Shown here piece after piece: positions 8,629 to 18,586 of a stretch of DNA of 32,000 nt. Each line of letters starts with the position of its first letter. The stretch's first letter is position 1. Origin of the DNA: Ignavibacteria bacterium (GTDB lineage: Bacteria; Bacteroidota; Ignavibacteria; Ignavibacteriales; Melioribacteraceae); NCBI GenBank assembly GCA_050117315.1, contig JASFMY010000027.1:5610-37609 (forward strand). The letters are read 5' to 3'. The position numbers were made by a program, and so were the translations under genes. The notes below the pieces were generated by a model, which saw only the letters and a program-made list of their open reading frames with translations, was not told where the DNA came from and searched no databases.

Positions 8629-11600
8629 TTATGAATTGTAAATCTGTTGTGTAAAGAATACTTTTGTCCCTTTATTTTTTTTACTTTCAATCCAGATACT
8701 GCCGTTTGTCAGTTCAATAAATTCCTTGCAGATAATTAAACCCAAGCCGGAACCGCCTTCATTTGCTGTCCCTTTTGTAGAGTATTTATAATCTATTTTG
8801 AAAAGATTTTTAACAACTTCCTGGGGTATTCCAATACCTGAATCTGCTACACAAAATTTCAGATTACTTCCATTTTTTGTTGTGTTTATTTTTATTTCTC
8901 CGCCTTTGCCGGTAAACTTAATAGCATTGGAAATTAAATTTCGTATGACCGTGTTTAGCATGTTCTCATCACTATAAACATAACTTTCAACAGCCTCATC
9001 TTTTAATCTTATTCCTTTCCATGCTGCGGATTCATCTAGTAGTTTAAGATTATCATTTATTATTTTTTTTACATTTACTTTTGTTTTTGATACTGTTATT
9101 CCGCCCATTTGTATTTTTGACCATTGCAAAAGGTTATCAAGTAACTTATACAAATTGCTAGATGAATATAAAAGTCCCTCCGCAAGTCCTTTTATTTCTT
9201 TTTTGTTTAGATCGTCTATATCCGAGGCCAGGAATTGAGAAGTATTCATAAAAACTTGAAAAGGCCCCTTTAGATCATGCGAAACAATAGAGAAAAATTT
9301 ATTTTTCGAGGCATTCAATTCCTGCAATTCTTTTGTTCTTTCTTGAACTTCAATCTCAAGTAATTTTTTTTGTCTTTCAATACTTCTTAAACGCCATTTG
9401 TAAATAACAAATACAATCAATATTAATACTAATCCCGATAATATGTAAAACCAGATCGTTTCCCAAAAAGGGGGTAGGATTTTTATTTTTAATGACGCTC
9501 CTTCTTCATTCCAGTAACCGTCATTGTTTGATGCCTTAACTCTAAAAGTATATTCCCCGCCGTCTAAGTTTGTATAAACAGCCACTCTTGATTTTGAGTC
9601 TGTATAATTCCAGTCTTTATCAAACCCTTCAAGCATATATGCATAACGGTTATTGCACGGCGAATTATAATTAAAAGCTGTGAACTCCAACGAAAAAATA
9701 TATTGTTCATAAGAAAGCGTTATCTCATCTAGCTCCGTGATTGATTTGGTAAGAACCGATTCCTTATTGATTGTTACAGGTTTGTTAAAAAGTTTGAAAT
9801 TAGTAATTGTCACCGGAGGCAAGAACTTATTATCTTTTATATTTTCGGGTATGAAAATATTTAAACCGTTTATCCCGCCAAAATACATTTCACCGGTTTT
9901 TTCGTTATAGGAAGCTCCTCCCTTGAACTCATTGCTTTGCAGCCCGTCAGTAGCGTCATAGTTTCTGAATAAACCGGTTTCACAGTTATATTTTGAAAGT
10001 CCTTTGTTGGTTGCAATCCAAAGATCGCTATTTTTATCACAAAGAATTGAATACACATAATTATTAGGAAGCCCGTCTGTTTTTTTTAGCGTTCTGAAGG
10101 TAAAATTGCCTTTTCGTTTATTTTTATATTCTAAAAGTTTTATACCCTGGCCCCATGTTCCGAACCATAAATTTTTATCTTCTGATTCGCAGATAGAAGA
10201 GAAACGGTCTTTATCTGCTTGGTTTTTATTATTTGTGAAAAGTTCTATGTTTTTAAAACCGTCTATACTTTCGTCGTAAAAACATAAACCGTAGTAAGAG
10301 CCAATCCAGACTATCCCTTCACTATCTTCAAAAATACTTTCTATCCGGTCACTCGGAAGTGAAGTTATGTCGTCTTTGTTGTACCTGTAAGTAATAAAAC
10401 TTAAGGAATCCAAATGTTTTTTTATATCAGTCAAATTGCCTGTTTCAGGCAGCGGTTTTTTTAACTTATTTAAGCCTCCTGATAGAGTCCCAACCCATAA
10501 CACTCCTTTGCTGTCCTCGAGAATACAGTTAATTCTGTCGTTGCTTATTTTCATATTGGCAAAAAAAGATTCGGAGTTAATCCGGATGAAACCGTCAAGT
10601 GGCGGAATATATAAATTAAGACCGCCGTCAAGTGTGCCAACCCATAATAATCCCGGCCGTATTTTTGATTCTTTAATCGCAGTAATTCGATTGTTGCTGA
10701 TACTTAATTTATCATTTGGGTCATTAAAATATCTTGTAACCTTATCCCTGTTAGGGTTTAGCTTATTTAATCCGTTCCATGTCCCGAGCCAAAGATTATT
10801 TTGGTAATCAGTGCATGTAGCAAAAACGAGATTATCGCTTAAAGAATTGTCATTCTGAGGATTATGTTTGAGGTGAGTAAATTTCTTGGGATGGGGATTA
10901 AAAATATTTAGTCCACCCCCATATGTTCCAACCCAAATCATACCGGATTTATCCTGGAGTGATAATATTAAATCGTTACTGCTTATGCTTTGCGGGTCTG
11001 TCTTATTGTGGGTGAAGTAGGTGATTAGTTCTAACTTGGGGTCATAACGACCTAATCCGTCGCCCCAAATACTTATCCAGATTATCCCGCTGTCATCTTC
11101 ATAAATATGATTAATGCTGATTCCTTGAATAACGTTTGAGTGGCTATTTCCAACTTCTCTAAGTACAATTTCTCCTTTATGTGCATTTTTCAAATCTTTT
11201 TTATAAATAATTTTAATGCCTCCCGAATCAGTACCTACCCATAGATTACCATTTTTGTCTGACATTAAACATCTAATGAAATTATCACTTAGAGAATTAT
11301 TATTGCCAGGTATATTAAAGAAGTTATTAAATCTAACACCTTTCTCATCTTCAACAAGAAGATTTAAACCGTTTAAAGTTCCGATCCATAAGTTTCCCAA
11401 ATAATCTTTACCTATTCTGTAAATCCTGTTATCAGAGAGAGAATTTTTTTTAGAAGGATCAAAATAAAAATTCTGGAATGAAACATTTTTAGGAGAAATA
11501 AGAGGATCACCCTTCATTATAAGCTTGTTTAGTCCTTTGCTATATGTTCCAACCCATAAATTTCCTTTTACGTCCTCGTTTATACACATAATGTAGTTAT

Positions 11601-11997
11601 AACTAATAGATGTTGAATCCGTAGGATCATGAACAAACGAAATAAATGATTCATTAAACTTATCATATAAACATAAACCGCCGCCGTTTGTACAGACCCA
11701 TATATTTTGTTTACTGTCTTCAAAAAGATAGTTTATATGATTGTGGGACAGGGAAGTAGAATCTTTTGGATCATTCTTGAAAACCTTAAATTCATAGCCG
11801 TCATATCTGTTTAACCCGTCTTGAGTGGCAATCCAGATAAAACCTTTACTATCCTGAATTATGTCGGTAACTACGCTTTGAGATAAACCGTCTTCAATTG
11901 TTAGGTGACTAAACTTAATATCATATGTTTGTGCAAAAATATTATCGGGAAGTATAAGAGAATTAAAATAAATTATTAGAACAGATATATGTCTCAT
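8629..11997 (-). CDS. Sensor histidine kinase with periplasmic two-component-regulator propeller repeats + Y_Y_Y domain, one TM helix, HisKA + HATPase_c; no receiver or HTH
   Basis: Many Reg_prop-like repeats (D..G.lWigT..GLn.y). Y_Y_Y region YAYMLEGFDKDWNYT...YTFRVKASNNDGYWNE. TM helix FYILSGLVLILIVFVIY. H-box FFSIVSHDLKGPF. G-boxes DSGIGI / GGSGLGL. Start placed at the ATG at 11997 (MRHISV...) behind AGAGG; the ORF-track start at 12021 is the alternative. Confidence 0.9.
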   Translation of the reverse strand: MRHISVLIIYFNSLILPDNIFAQTYDIKFSHLTIEDGLSQSVVTDIIQDSKGFIWIATQDGLNRYDGYEFKVFKNDPKDSTSLSHNHINYLFEDSKQNIWVCTNGGGLCLYDKFNESFISFVHDPTDSTSISYNYIMCINEDVKGNLWVGTYSKGLNKLIMKGDPLISPKNVSFQNFYFDPSKKNSLSDNRIYRIGKDYLGNLWIGTLNGLNLLVEDEKGVRFNNFFNIPGNNNSLSDNFIRCLMSDKNGNLWVGTDSGGIKIIYKKDLKNAHKGEIVLREVGNSHSNVIQGISINHIYEDDSGIIWISIWGDGLGRYDPKLELITYFTHNKTDPQSISSNDLILSLQDKSGMIWVGTYGGGLNIFNPHPKKFTHLKHNPQNDNSLSDNLVFATCTDYQNNLWLGTWNGLNKLNPNRDKVTRYFNDPNDKLSISNNRITAIKESKIRPGLLWVGTLDGGLNLYIPPLDGFIRINSESFFANMKISNDRINCILEDSKGVLWVGTLSGGLNKLKKPLPETGNLTDIKKHLDSLSFITYRYNKDDITSLPSDRIESIFEDSEGIVWIGSYYGLCFYDESIDGFKNIELFTNNKNQADKDRFSSICESEDKNLWFGTWGQGIKLLEYKNKRKGNFTFRTLKKTDGLPNNYVYSILCDKNSDLWIATNKGLSKYNCETGLFRNYDATDGLQSNEFKGGASYNEKTGEMYFGGINGLNIFIPENIKDNKFLPPVTITNFKLFNKPVTINKESVLTKSITELDEITLSYEQYIFSLEFTAFNYNSPCNNRYAYMLEGFDKDWNYTDSKSRVAVYTNLDGGEYTFRVKASNNDGYWNEEGASLKIKILPPFWETIWFYILSGLVLILIVFVIYKWRLRSIERQKKLLEIEVQERTKELQELNASKNKFFSIVSHDLKGPFQVFMNTSQFLASDIDDLNKKEIKGLAEGLLYSSSNLYKLLDNLLQWSKIQMGGITVSKTKVNVKKIINDNLKLLDESAAWKGIRLKDEAVESYVYSDENMLNTVIRNLISNAIKFTGKGGEIKINTTKNGSNLKFCVADSGIGIPQEVVKNLFKIDYKYSTKGTANEGGSGLGLIICKEFIELTNGSIWIESKKNKGTKVFFTQQIYNS

Positions 11998-12140
11998 TAA
12001 CCTCTGCATAGTCAGTATCAATAATATTTTCTTTAATAGTATAAGAAATACAAAAGTTTTGTATTTGATAATACGGAATCTTACTAGAAATAATTTTATT
12101 TAATAAATTACAAATTTTATAAGATTTTTCCGCTTTGTTT

Positions 12141-13295
12141 TTACGGAGTAAAGTAATAAATATGTGAATCGTCACTACCGGCAATTATACCTGTTCCATC
12201 TTCAGAGATTTCCATAGGCCAATTCATATTTCCTGAAGTGTAGAACCACATACATTTTTTTTCCTTTATGTTAAGCAGATAAAAGTGGCCGGGAACCCCG
12301 TCCGGATGACCGTCAGCAACGGTTATATAATTTGCTTCTCCGTCAAATGATACAGAGTTAGGGTTGCGTAATGTATAAAATTCCCATTTTAGCACAGGGG
12401 TTTTGTTTACGGTTTGTACCAAGTAAACCAGTCCGGCATCGCCGTCGTTGCAAATTGCAGCTACATTTTGTCCGTCGTTTGAAATTGCTATTCCATATAA
12501 GCTTTCTTTGCTGCTAATCTGGTATGACCAATAAGGTTTTTGATTGGCAATAAAATCTTCAGTGTTGAATGAGTAGAAATATCCATCTGCACCTCCTACT
12601 GCAAACCATTCACCGTTGGGAGTTATCTGCAAGGTATGGCAAAAACCGCCGCAAGCCAATTTCCATTTACCTTTTTCAGTGAACTTTCCACCCTCATTTT
12701 TAAGCAGATAAATGCAGCCGCTGTAATCGCTAAAAATCATCCATGTTCCGTCTCCGGATATTGAACAACTGATAACTTCGGCAGAATTGTTGTCTAGTTT
12801 ATAAGTATCGGTTAATTCATATGCATTATTTTGAAGTGTGAATAAATATAAAGATTCCGCACCCGCAATTAAACTGGCTCCGTCTGCAGACAGCGCTACC
12901 TTGTTAACCCTGATATTTGTTGGATGATCGAGTATTTTTTCACCGGTTACGGCGTTATAACCTCTAACAAATCCTTTTACGGGAGAAGAGGAATACCACC
13001 CACCGGAAGCAGCGAAATTACCGTCGGTAGAGATGTCAACCCAATAAACTCCCTGCCATCCCTTAAAAACATCGCTCCACAACAGCTCTCCGGACCTTGC
13101 ATAGCAATATGTTCCGAAATTGTTATACTCGCTTGTTCCGTTTTTTTTGCGGCCATTGTAGCTATGAAAAAAAGTTCCTCCAACTGCTTTATTACCGTCT
13201 GCGGAAATTGCCACGGAATTAATATATGTCCCGTGATTTGGTACGTGTGCCCATTTAAAGTTTTTGTTAGCGCATGTACTGTCGTTGTTATTCAT
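12141..13295 (-). CDS. WD40-like beta-propeller repeat protein, no signal peptide
   Basis: Seven to eight evenly spaced blade signatures: ISADGN, ISTDGN, LSADGA, ISGDGT, ITPNGE, ISNDGQ, FDGEAN, ISEDGT. An AGGA RBS sits 7 nt upstream of the ATG. Confidence 0.75.
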   Translation of the reverse strand: MNNNDSTCANKNFKWAHVPNHGTYINSVAISADGNKAVGGTFFHSYNGRKKNGTSEYNNFGTYCYARSGELLWSDVFKGWQGVYWVDISTDGNFAASGGWYSSSPVKGFVRGYNAVTGEKILDHPTNIRVNKVALSADGASLIAGAESLYLFTLQNNAYELTDTYKLDNNSAEVISCSISGDGTWMIFSDYSGCIYLLKNEGGKFTEKGKWKLACGGFCHTLQITPNGEWFAVGGADGYFYSFNTEDFIANQKPYWSYQISSKESLYGIAISNDGQNVAAICNDGDAGLVYLVQTVNKTPVLKWEFYTLRNPNSVSFDGEANYITVADGHPDGVPGHFYLLNIKEKKCMWFYTSGNMNWPMEISEDGTGIIAGSDDSHIYYFTP

Positions 13296-13451
13296 TTGAT
13301 GTCCTGTTAAAGCTATTGAATCTTATATAATGATTATCGTTGATATTTTTTCCTTTTTTAGGTGACATAAAGATATTTCGATTAATTCTATGTTAATAAT
13401 TTTGTATTAATCTCCAGGTTTTTTCTGTTCTATAGAGTGTTGAAACCATCA

Positions 13452-13472
13452 TTAATCATTTCTTATGATTAA
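13452..13472. promoter_or_regulatory. Perfect palindrome TTAATCAT-N5-ATGATTAA upstream of umuD (candidate operator), next to a TAnnTTTG-type -7 box (TATCTTTG, 13483-13490)
   Basis: Exact 8-bp inverted arms about 57 nt upstream of the umuD ATG. TATCTTTG matches the Bacteroidota -7 promoter consensus TAnnTTTG. Confidence 0.4.
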
Positions 13473-13528
13473 GAGTAATTTGTATCTTTGCAAAAAGATT
13501 AGCAGAATAAAAAGTATTGAAAAAGGAA

Positions 13529-13972
13529 ATGAGTGACGAGAAGGATGTGAAGATAAAAAAGATTTACCCTGCAAGAGATGAAAGCAAAGAGGAGTTGCCG
13601 CTTTTCTATCCAAAAGCTGCCGCAGGGTTTCCATCTCCTGCAGATGATTTTATGCAGGAAAAACTGAGTCTCAACACATTATTAATTAAAAATCCGGCTA
13701 CTACTTTTTTTGTAAATGTCGAAGGTAATTCCATGAAGGGTGCGGGCATTTTCGACGGTGATACACTGATAGTAGATCGTGCGGTAGAACCGGAAGAAAG
13801 CAGTATTGTAATTGCATCAGTAAACGGCGAGCTTACCGTAAAACGCATTGAAAGAAAAAGAGGGAAACTATATTTAGTACCGGAAAATAATAATTATCCT
13901 CCCATAGAAATAAGTGAAGAAACCGACCTGAAAATTTGGGGTGTTGTGATCTATTCCATTCATAAATTTTAA
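13529..13972 (+). CDS. umuD: UmuD-like S24 peptidase, the autoproteolytic subunit of translesion polymerase V
   Basis: Cleavage-region motif KAAAGFPSPADDF, Ser nucleophile in EGNSMKGAGI and Lys in LTVKRI. There is no N-terminal HTH domain, so this is UmuD-like rather than LexA. ATG at 13529 is preferred over the TTG at 13517. Confidence 0.88.
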   Translation: MSDEKDVKIKKIYPARDESKEELPLFYPKAAAGFPSPADDFMQEKLSLNTLLIKNPATTFFVNVEGNSMKGAGIFDGDTLIVDRAVEPEESSIVIASVNGELTVKRIERKRGKLYLVPENNNYPPIEISEETDLKIWGVVIYSIHKF

Positions 13973-13980
13973 TAACTAAA

Positions 13981-15246
13981 ATGAAGAAAATTTTTGCGCT
14001 TGTAGACTGCAATAATTTTTATGCTTCGTGTGAAAGGGTATTTAGACCGGATCTGGAGGGAGTTCCTATAGTTATTCTTTCCAACAATGACGGCTGCATT
14101 ATTTCCCGTTCACAGGAAGCAAAAGATATGGAAATACAGATGGGAGCGCCGTATTTTAAAACCCCGCTTCCTGCAAATGTAAGAGTTTTTTCTTCAAATT
14201 ACGGGCTTTACGGCGACATGTCCCAACGAGTAATGGAGATACTTGAAGAGTACACGGACGGTGTTGAAGTCTATTCTATTGACGAAGCATTTTTAGATTT
14301 TACCGGGTTGAATCATGTGGACTTAACAGATTATACAATAAGTATCAAGAGAAAGGTTGGAAAAGGACTGGGGATTCCGGTAAGCATCGGAGTGGGAGAG
14401 TCCAAAACACTGGCTAAGCTTGCAAATAAAGCAGCCAAAAGAGATAAAAAACTTAACGATGTATTGAACCTTGTTAATTACCCGCAAATAGATGATTTAT
14501 TAAAAGAAATAACAGTGGGGGAAGTTTGGGGAATAGGGAGAAGAACCGCGAAAAAAATGAGCCGCTACGGTATAGTAAATGCTAAGCAATTGAAATACGT
14601 GGATGATAAATGGGCGTTAAAAAAATTTACCGTAACGGGTCTGCGCACAGTCTGGGAACTGAGAGGAACCTCGTGTGAATACAGTGACGGAATACCTGAA
14701 ATTAAAAAAGGAATATGCAACTCACGTTCTTTCGGCAGGGCTGTTTATTCACTTGACGATTTAAATGAAGCTGTCTCCGATTACGTCAGTACTGCAGCAG
14801 AAAAATTGAGAAGACAAAAATCTATCACAAAAACTTTGCTTGTTTATTTAAGAAGCCACAATATTGAAGAACACAACTATTACTCGAATTGGGCAAAAAT
14901 GAAATTGCCTAAAGCTACGGACGACACGCTCGAATTAATTCACTATGCAAAAGAGGGGATGAAAAGGATTTTCAAAGACGGGCTTAAATACAAAAAAGCC
15001 GGAGTAATTTTAACCGAATTAATACCAATGGATGAAGCGCCAAAAGAAATGTTTGATAATGATGACGAATTAAAGAAGAAAGAGAAGTTAATGTATGCGC
15101 TTGATAAGGTCAATCAAAAATACGGCTGGAAAAAACTGCGCGTAGCCGCCGTCGGAGTTAAGCAGGATTGGTGGATGAAAAGCGAAATGCGCTCACCGGA
15201 TTATACTACAGATTGGAAACAAATACCCACAGTGAAAGCTAAGTAA
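13981..15246 (+). CDS. umuC: Y-family DNA polymerase, UmuC-like (polymerase V catalytic subunit)
   Basis: N-terminus FALVDCNNFYASCERVFRPDLEGVPIVILSNNDGCIISRS, SIDEAFLD catalytic motif and GIGRRTAKKM helix-hairpin-helix region. Starts 8 nt after umuD. Confidence 0.92.
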   Translation: MKKIFALVDCNNFYASCERVFRPDLEGVPIVILSNNDGCIISRSQEAKDMEIQMGAPYFKTPLPANVRVFSSNYGLYGDMSQRVMEILEEYTDGVEVYSIDEAFLDFTGLNHVDLTDYTISIKRKVGKGLGIPVSIGVGESKTLAKLANKAAKRDKKLNDVLNLVNYPQIDDLLKEITVGEVWGIGRRTAKKMSRYGIVNAKQLKYVDDKWALKKFTVTGLRTVWELRGTSCEYSDGIPEIKKGICNSRSFGRAVYSLDDLNEAVSDYVSTAAEKLRRQKSITKTLLVYLRSHNIEEHNYYSNWAKMKLPKATDDTLELIHYAKEGMKRIFKDGLKYKKAGVILTELIPMDEAPKEMFDNDDELKKKEKLMYALDKVNQKYGWKKLRVAAVGVKQDWWMKSEMRSPDYTTDWKQIPTVKAK

Positions 15247-15314
15247 AATATTTGCAAAGATATCTAGAATTTGTTGATGCATAAAATTAGTTAAAATTAA
15301 AGGGATGCCGTAAA

Positions 15315-17348
15315 CTATTTTCGTAGCGGTAGTGTAAAATAGAATTTACTTCCTTGCCCGGTTTCACTTTCAACCCCAATAGTACCTCCATGTTTTTCGA
15401 TAAATTCTTTGCAGAGAATTATACCCAATCCTGTACCTGTTTCATTTTCAGTACCGGGTTGAGAATGTGTGGCTTCCAGTTTGAAAAGATTATCAATGGT
15501 ATTTTTGTCCATTCCTATTCCGTTGTCTGAAACGCAGATTTCAGCAAATTCCTCTTCTTCTTTTGCACTAACTGAAACAATCCCGTCCCTGTTGCTGAAT
15601 TTAATTGCGTTAGTGATAAGATTACGGAAAACAGTATTTATCATTTCTTCATCTGCCGTAACCTGCAATGAGTGTAATACTTTATTTTGAAGTTTGATTT
15701 GTTTTTTTGCAGCTGCAACCTTAAGAAGGTCAAAAATCTCGTCGACAATTTGCGCAACTTCAAGTTTTCGGGGGTTAAATTCAATTCTTCCGGTTTGTGA
15801 ACGCGACCACTGTAAAAGGTTTTGTAGAAGACTATGTGATAAATCAGCCGACTTTTTCATTTCTCGGATATAAAATAATCTTTCTTCATCCGTTAGTTCA
15901 TTGTAATCTGCACAAAGTAAATCCGAAAATCCCATAATTGTAATAAACGGATTTTTGAGATCGTGAGCTATTATTGAGAAAAACTTATCTTTGGTGGCAT
16001 TTAACTGTTTAAGTTCCTCTGTATATCTTTGAATTTCAACTGCATTTTTTTTTCTTTCTATTGCTTGTGCAATTTGTTCAGCTACAAATGTAAAGAGTTT
16101 CATTTCAGATTCACCATAGCATCCCGGATTTTCGTAATCCTGTACGGCAATTATTCCTATGGTTTTCCCGGAAAGTTTAAGAGGCACTCCCAGCCAAATT
16201 TTCGGCGGTATTCCTATTACCTCAACTTTTCCTGCTTCGACCAATTGATTAAGCTTTTTATTATCTACCAAAGCAGCTTCGCCGGACAGTAGGACATACT
16301 CGATTAATCCGTTTCTGGGTTTTGTTGTTTCTCTCGGTTGGTTGTTTTCGTCAGCATAATAAGGGAAGGTCAGTATATTTTTTTTCTCATCGTAAAGAGC
16401 TATGTGAAGGTTTTTAGCAGGCAGCAGCATTCCTATTACATCGTGAATCTTTTTGTATAACGAGTCCATATCAGGTGAGGTAAAAGCTGTTTCAGATATT
16501 TTAAAAATCGCTTTTTGGCTATGCTCGGTTTGTTTTTTTTGTGTAATATCACGTGATATGCCAAATGTGCCTATGATTTTTCCTTCTTCATTATAAAACG
16601 GCATTTTGGATGTTGAAACCCAGGTAATTTTGCCGTCTATCCAATCTTCCTGTTCTTCTTTGCCTATAATAGGTTTACCCGTTCGTATTATTTCCTGTTC
16701 ATCATTAAAAGCTTCACTGGCATGGGCCATACCAAACACATCAAAATCGGTTTTACCGATTAAATCATCAACCTGCATATTATGTCTTCTTGCAAGAGTA
16801 TTACTTACTTTAATAAAGCGGCTTTTAAGGTCCTTAAAATAAATTTGATCGAGACTGTTTTCCAGAAGAGCGTCTAGAAAATTTTTTTCCAATTGCTTCT
16901 GCATCGCAATATCTTCTACTATAGCAAGGATGCTTGTTGTTTTATCCTTTGAATTAAAAGATGAGGAGATTGTAGTACGGCCGTGTACAATGCATCGGTC
17001 TTTGGTAAGATATTTTTTTTCAATTGTGTATTCTCTTCTTTTTCCGCTTAATACTTCTTTAAACAGTTTTTCATCTAATTTACAATCATCAGGATGTGTT
17101 ATTTCACTTAATGTCAGAAGAGTTAATTCGTCCTCTGAGTATTTTAAAAATCTCTGAAATGCCGGATTACTGCTTACTATCTTTCTTTCCAAATCCAAGA
17201 AAACTATGCCGATACCGGCATTCTCAAAAATTGCTTTGAAATGTAGATCTGTGATACCTGGGGATTTTTTTGCAGCAGGAGATTTTATAAACTTCTTCGT
17301 GTTATTCCCCGTAGCAGAAGGTGTGTCTGTTTCTCTACTTGCGGGCAT
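15315..17348 (-). CDS. Cytoplasmic PAS/PAS/GAF sensor histidine kinase (HisKA + HATPase_c)
   Basis: PAS-like segments (FKAIFENAGIGIVFLD...; LDALLENSLDQIYFKD...). GAF-like region. H-box FFSIIAHDLKNPF. N/G boxes RNLITNAIKF, DNGIGM, GTGLGI. No TM segment. Confidence 0.88.
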   Translation of the reverse strand: MPASRETDTPSATGNNTKKFIKSPAAKKSPGITDLHFKAIFENAGIGIVFLDLERKIVSSNPAFQRFLKYSEDELTLLTLSEITHPDDCKLDEKLFKEVLSGKRREYTIEKKYLTKDRCIVHGRTTISSSFNSKDKTTSILAIVEDIAMQKQLEKNFLDALLENSLDQIYFKDLKSRFIKVSNTLARRHNMQVDDLIGKTDFDVFGMAHASEAFNDEQEIIRTGKPIIGKEEQEDWIDGKITWVSTSKMPFYNEEGKIIGTFGISRDITQKKQTEHSQKAIFKISETAFTSPDMDSLYKKIHDVIGMLLPAKNLHIALYDEKKNILTFPYYADENNQPRETTKPRNGLIEYVLLSGEAALVDNKKLNQLVEAGKVEVIGIPPKIWLGVPLKLSGKTIGIIAVQDYENPGCYGESEMKLFTFVAEQIAQAIERKKNAVEIQRYTEELKQLNATKDKFFSIIAHDLKNPFITIMGFSDLLCADYNELTDEERLFYIREMKKSADLSHSLLQNLLQWSRSQTGRIEFNPRKLEVAQIVDEIFDLLKVAAAKKQIKLQNKVLHSLQVTADEEMINTVFRNLITNAIKFSNRDGIVSVSAKEEEEFAEICVSDNGIGMDKNTIDNLFKLEATHSQPGTENETGTGLGIILCKEFIEKHGGTIGVESETGQGSKFYFTLPLRK

Positions 17349-17515
17349 AGCTAATACCTATCCTTTCAGTCATTGTTTAATTTAAATCATCATATGCAAA
17401 ATTGCAATTATTTTAAATCCATCAATTCGTTATATTCAATTAAATTATTATCGAAGACCTTCGCTCTTTTTTTAGACTATCTTCAATTTTTTCCAGTGTA
17501 ATGGAAATGAACAAT

Positions 17516-18586
17516 TCAAAAAAGCGACAACTGTTTTATTTCAGGATTTCGAAAATGAGTAGTTAACAAATCTATTCCCCCTTTTTTAATTCCTGTCTTT
17601 AAACATGAAACTTTGAAAAGTTTATTAATTTGTTCGGCCATAACCCCGGTGCCTCTTCCTCTAACAAAGAAACTTGAATCGTATAATTTTCCGTTGTATA
17701 AATCCCTTAAGCGGTTCATCACTTTCTTTTTTCTATCAGGGAAGTTTTTTTCAAGCCAGTTTTCAAATAAATTTTTTAAAGCAAACGGAAGACGAAGCAG
17801 AACATAACCTGCTCTTGTTGCTCCGGCATTTGCAGCCTGCTTCAAAATTTCAGGCATTTCCTGGTCTGTTAGTCCAGGTATAACCGGGGCAACCATTACT
17901 CCTGTTGGAATTCCTGCCTTTGCTAATTTTTCAATTGCATCCAGCCTCATGTGAGGTTTTGAAGTACGAGGTTCCATAATTGAAGATAAGCGGTTATCTA
18001 AGGTGGTTACAGAAAGGGAAACAGACGCTGCATTAAATTCAGCAAGTCCGCTTAAAATGTCTATATCTCTTGTTACAAGATGATTTTTTGTAACTATAAA
18101 GACAGGGTTTCGGAAATCTCTTAAAACCTCCAGACATTTTCTTGAAATTCTAAGCTCCTTTTCAATAGGCTGATAAGCATCTGTATTTCCGCATAACATT
18201 ACAGGTTTCGGTTCCCACTTTTTCGAGGCTAATTCTTTACGCAATAATTTAGACATCTCTTTTTTGACAAAAATTTTTGTTTCAAAGTCTAACCCCGGTG
18301 ACAAACTCAAATATTCGTGAGTTGGACGTGCATAGCAGTAAATACATCCGTGCTCACATCCGCGATATGGGTTTATACTTGCAGCTCCGTAGAGATCGGG
18401 ACTATCGTTGCAGCTAATAACAGTCTTTGAAGTATCGACGAAATATTCCGTTTGTGGCTTAAAAATTTCTTCTTCCGGTTCTTCACTTTCCGGGATGTAT
18501 TCAATCTTTTCAAACCTGTTTTGAGGATTATCAATTGTACCCCTGCCTTTTGCTGATTTCCTACGCATGGTTTTTTCAATTCCCAT
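17516..18586 (-). CDS. Radical SAM protein, PA0069/SPL-related family
   Basis: CxxxCxxC cluster motif RGCEHGCIYCYA. N-terminal KGRGTIDNPQNRFE motif characteristic of the PA0069-type family. An AAGGAAG RBS precedes the ATG at 18586. Confidence 0.8.
   Translation of the reverse strand: MGIEKTMRRKSAKGRGTIDNPQNRFEKIEYIPESEEPEEEIFKPQTEYFVDTSKTVISCNDSPDLYGAASINPYRGCEHGCIYCYARPTHEYLSLSPGLDFETKIFVKKEMSKLLRKELASKKWEPKPVMLCGNTDAYQPIEKELRISRKCLEVLRDFRNPVFIVTKNHLVTRDIDILSGLAEFNAASVSLSVTTLDNRLSSIMEPRTSKPHMRLDAIEKLAKAGIPTGVMVAPVIPGLTDQEMPEILKQAANAGATRAGYVLLRLPFALKNLFENWLEKNFPDRKKKVMNRLRDLYNGKLYDSSFFVRGRGTGVMAEQINKLFKVSCLKTGIKKGGIDLLTTHFRNPEIKQLSLF

Noticed and set aside
10436-10807. 123-aa plus-strand ORF inside the Y_Y_Y kinase gene
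   Set aside because: It is antisense to a strongly supported gene. Its repetitive SVPTHN motifs simply mirror the propeller repeats on the other strand.
12924-13310. 128-aa plus-strand ORF overlapping the beta-propeller gene
   Set aside because: It is antisense to a repeat-structured gene, with no RBS and no recognisable motifs.
17440-17490. cgaag-ac-cttcg + T-run as a terminator
   Set aside because: The 2-nt loop is sterically impossible, and the orientation (plus strand) does not follow any plus-strand gene.
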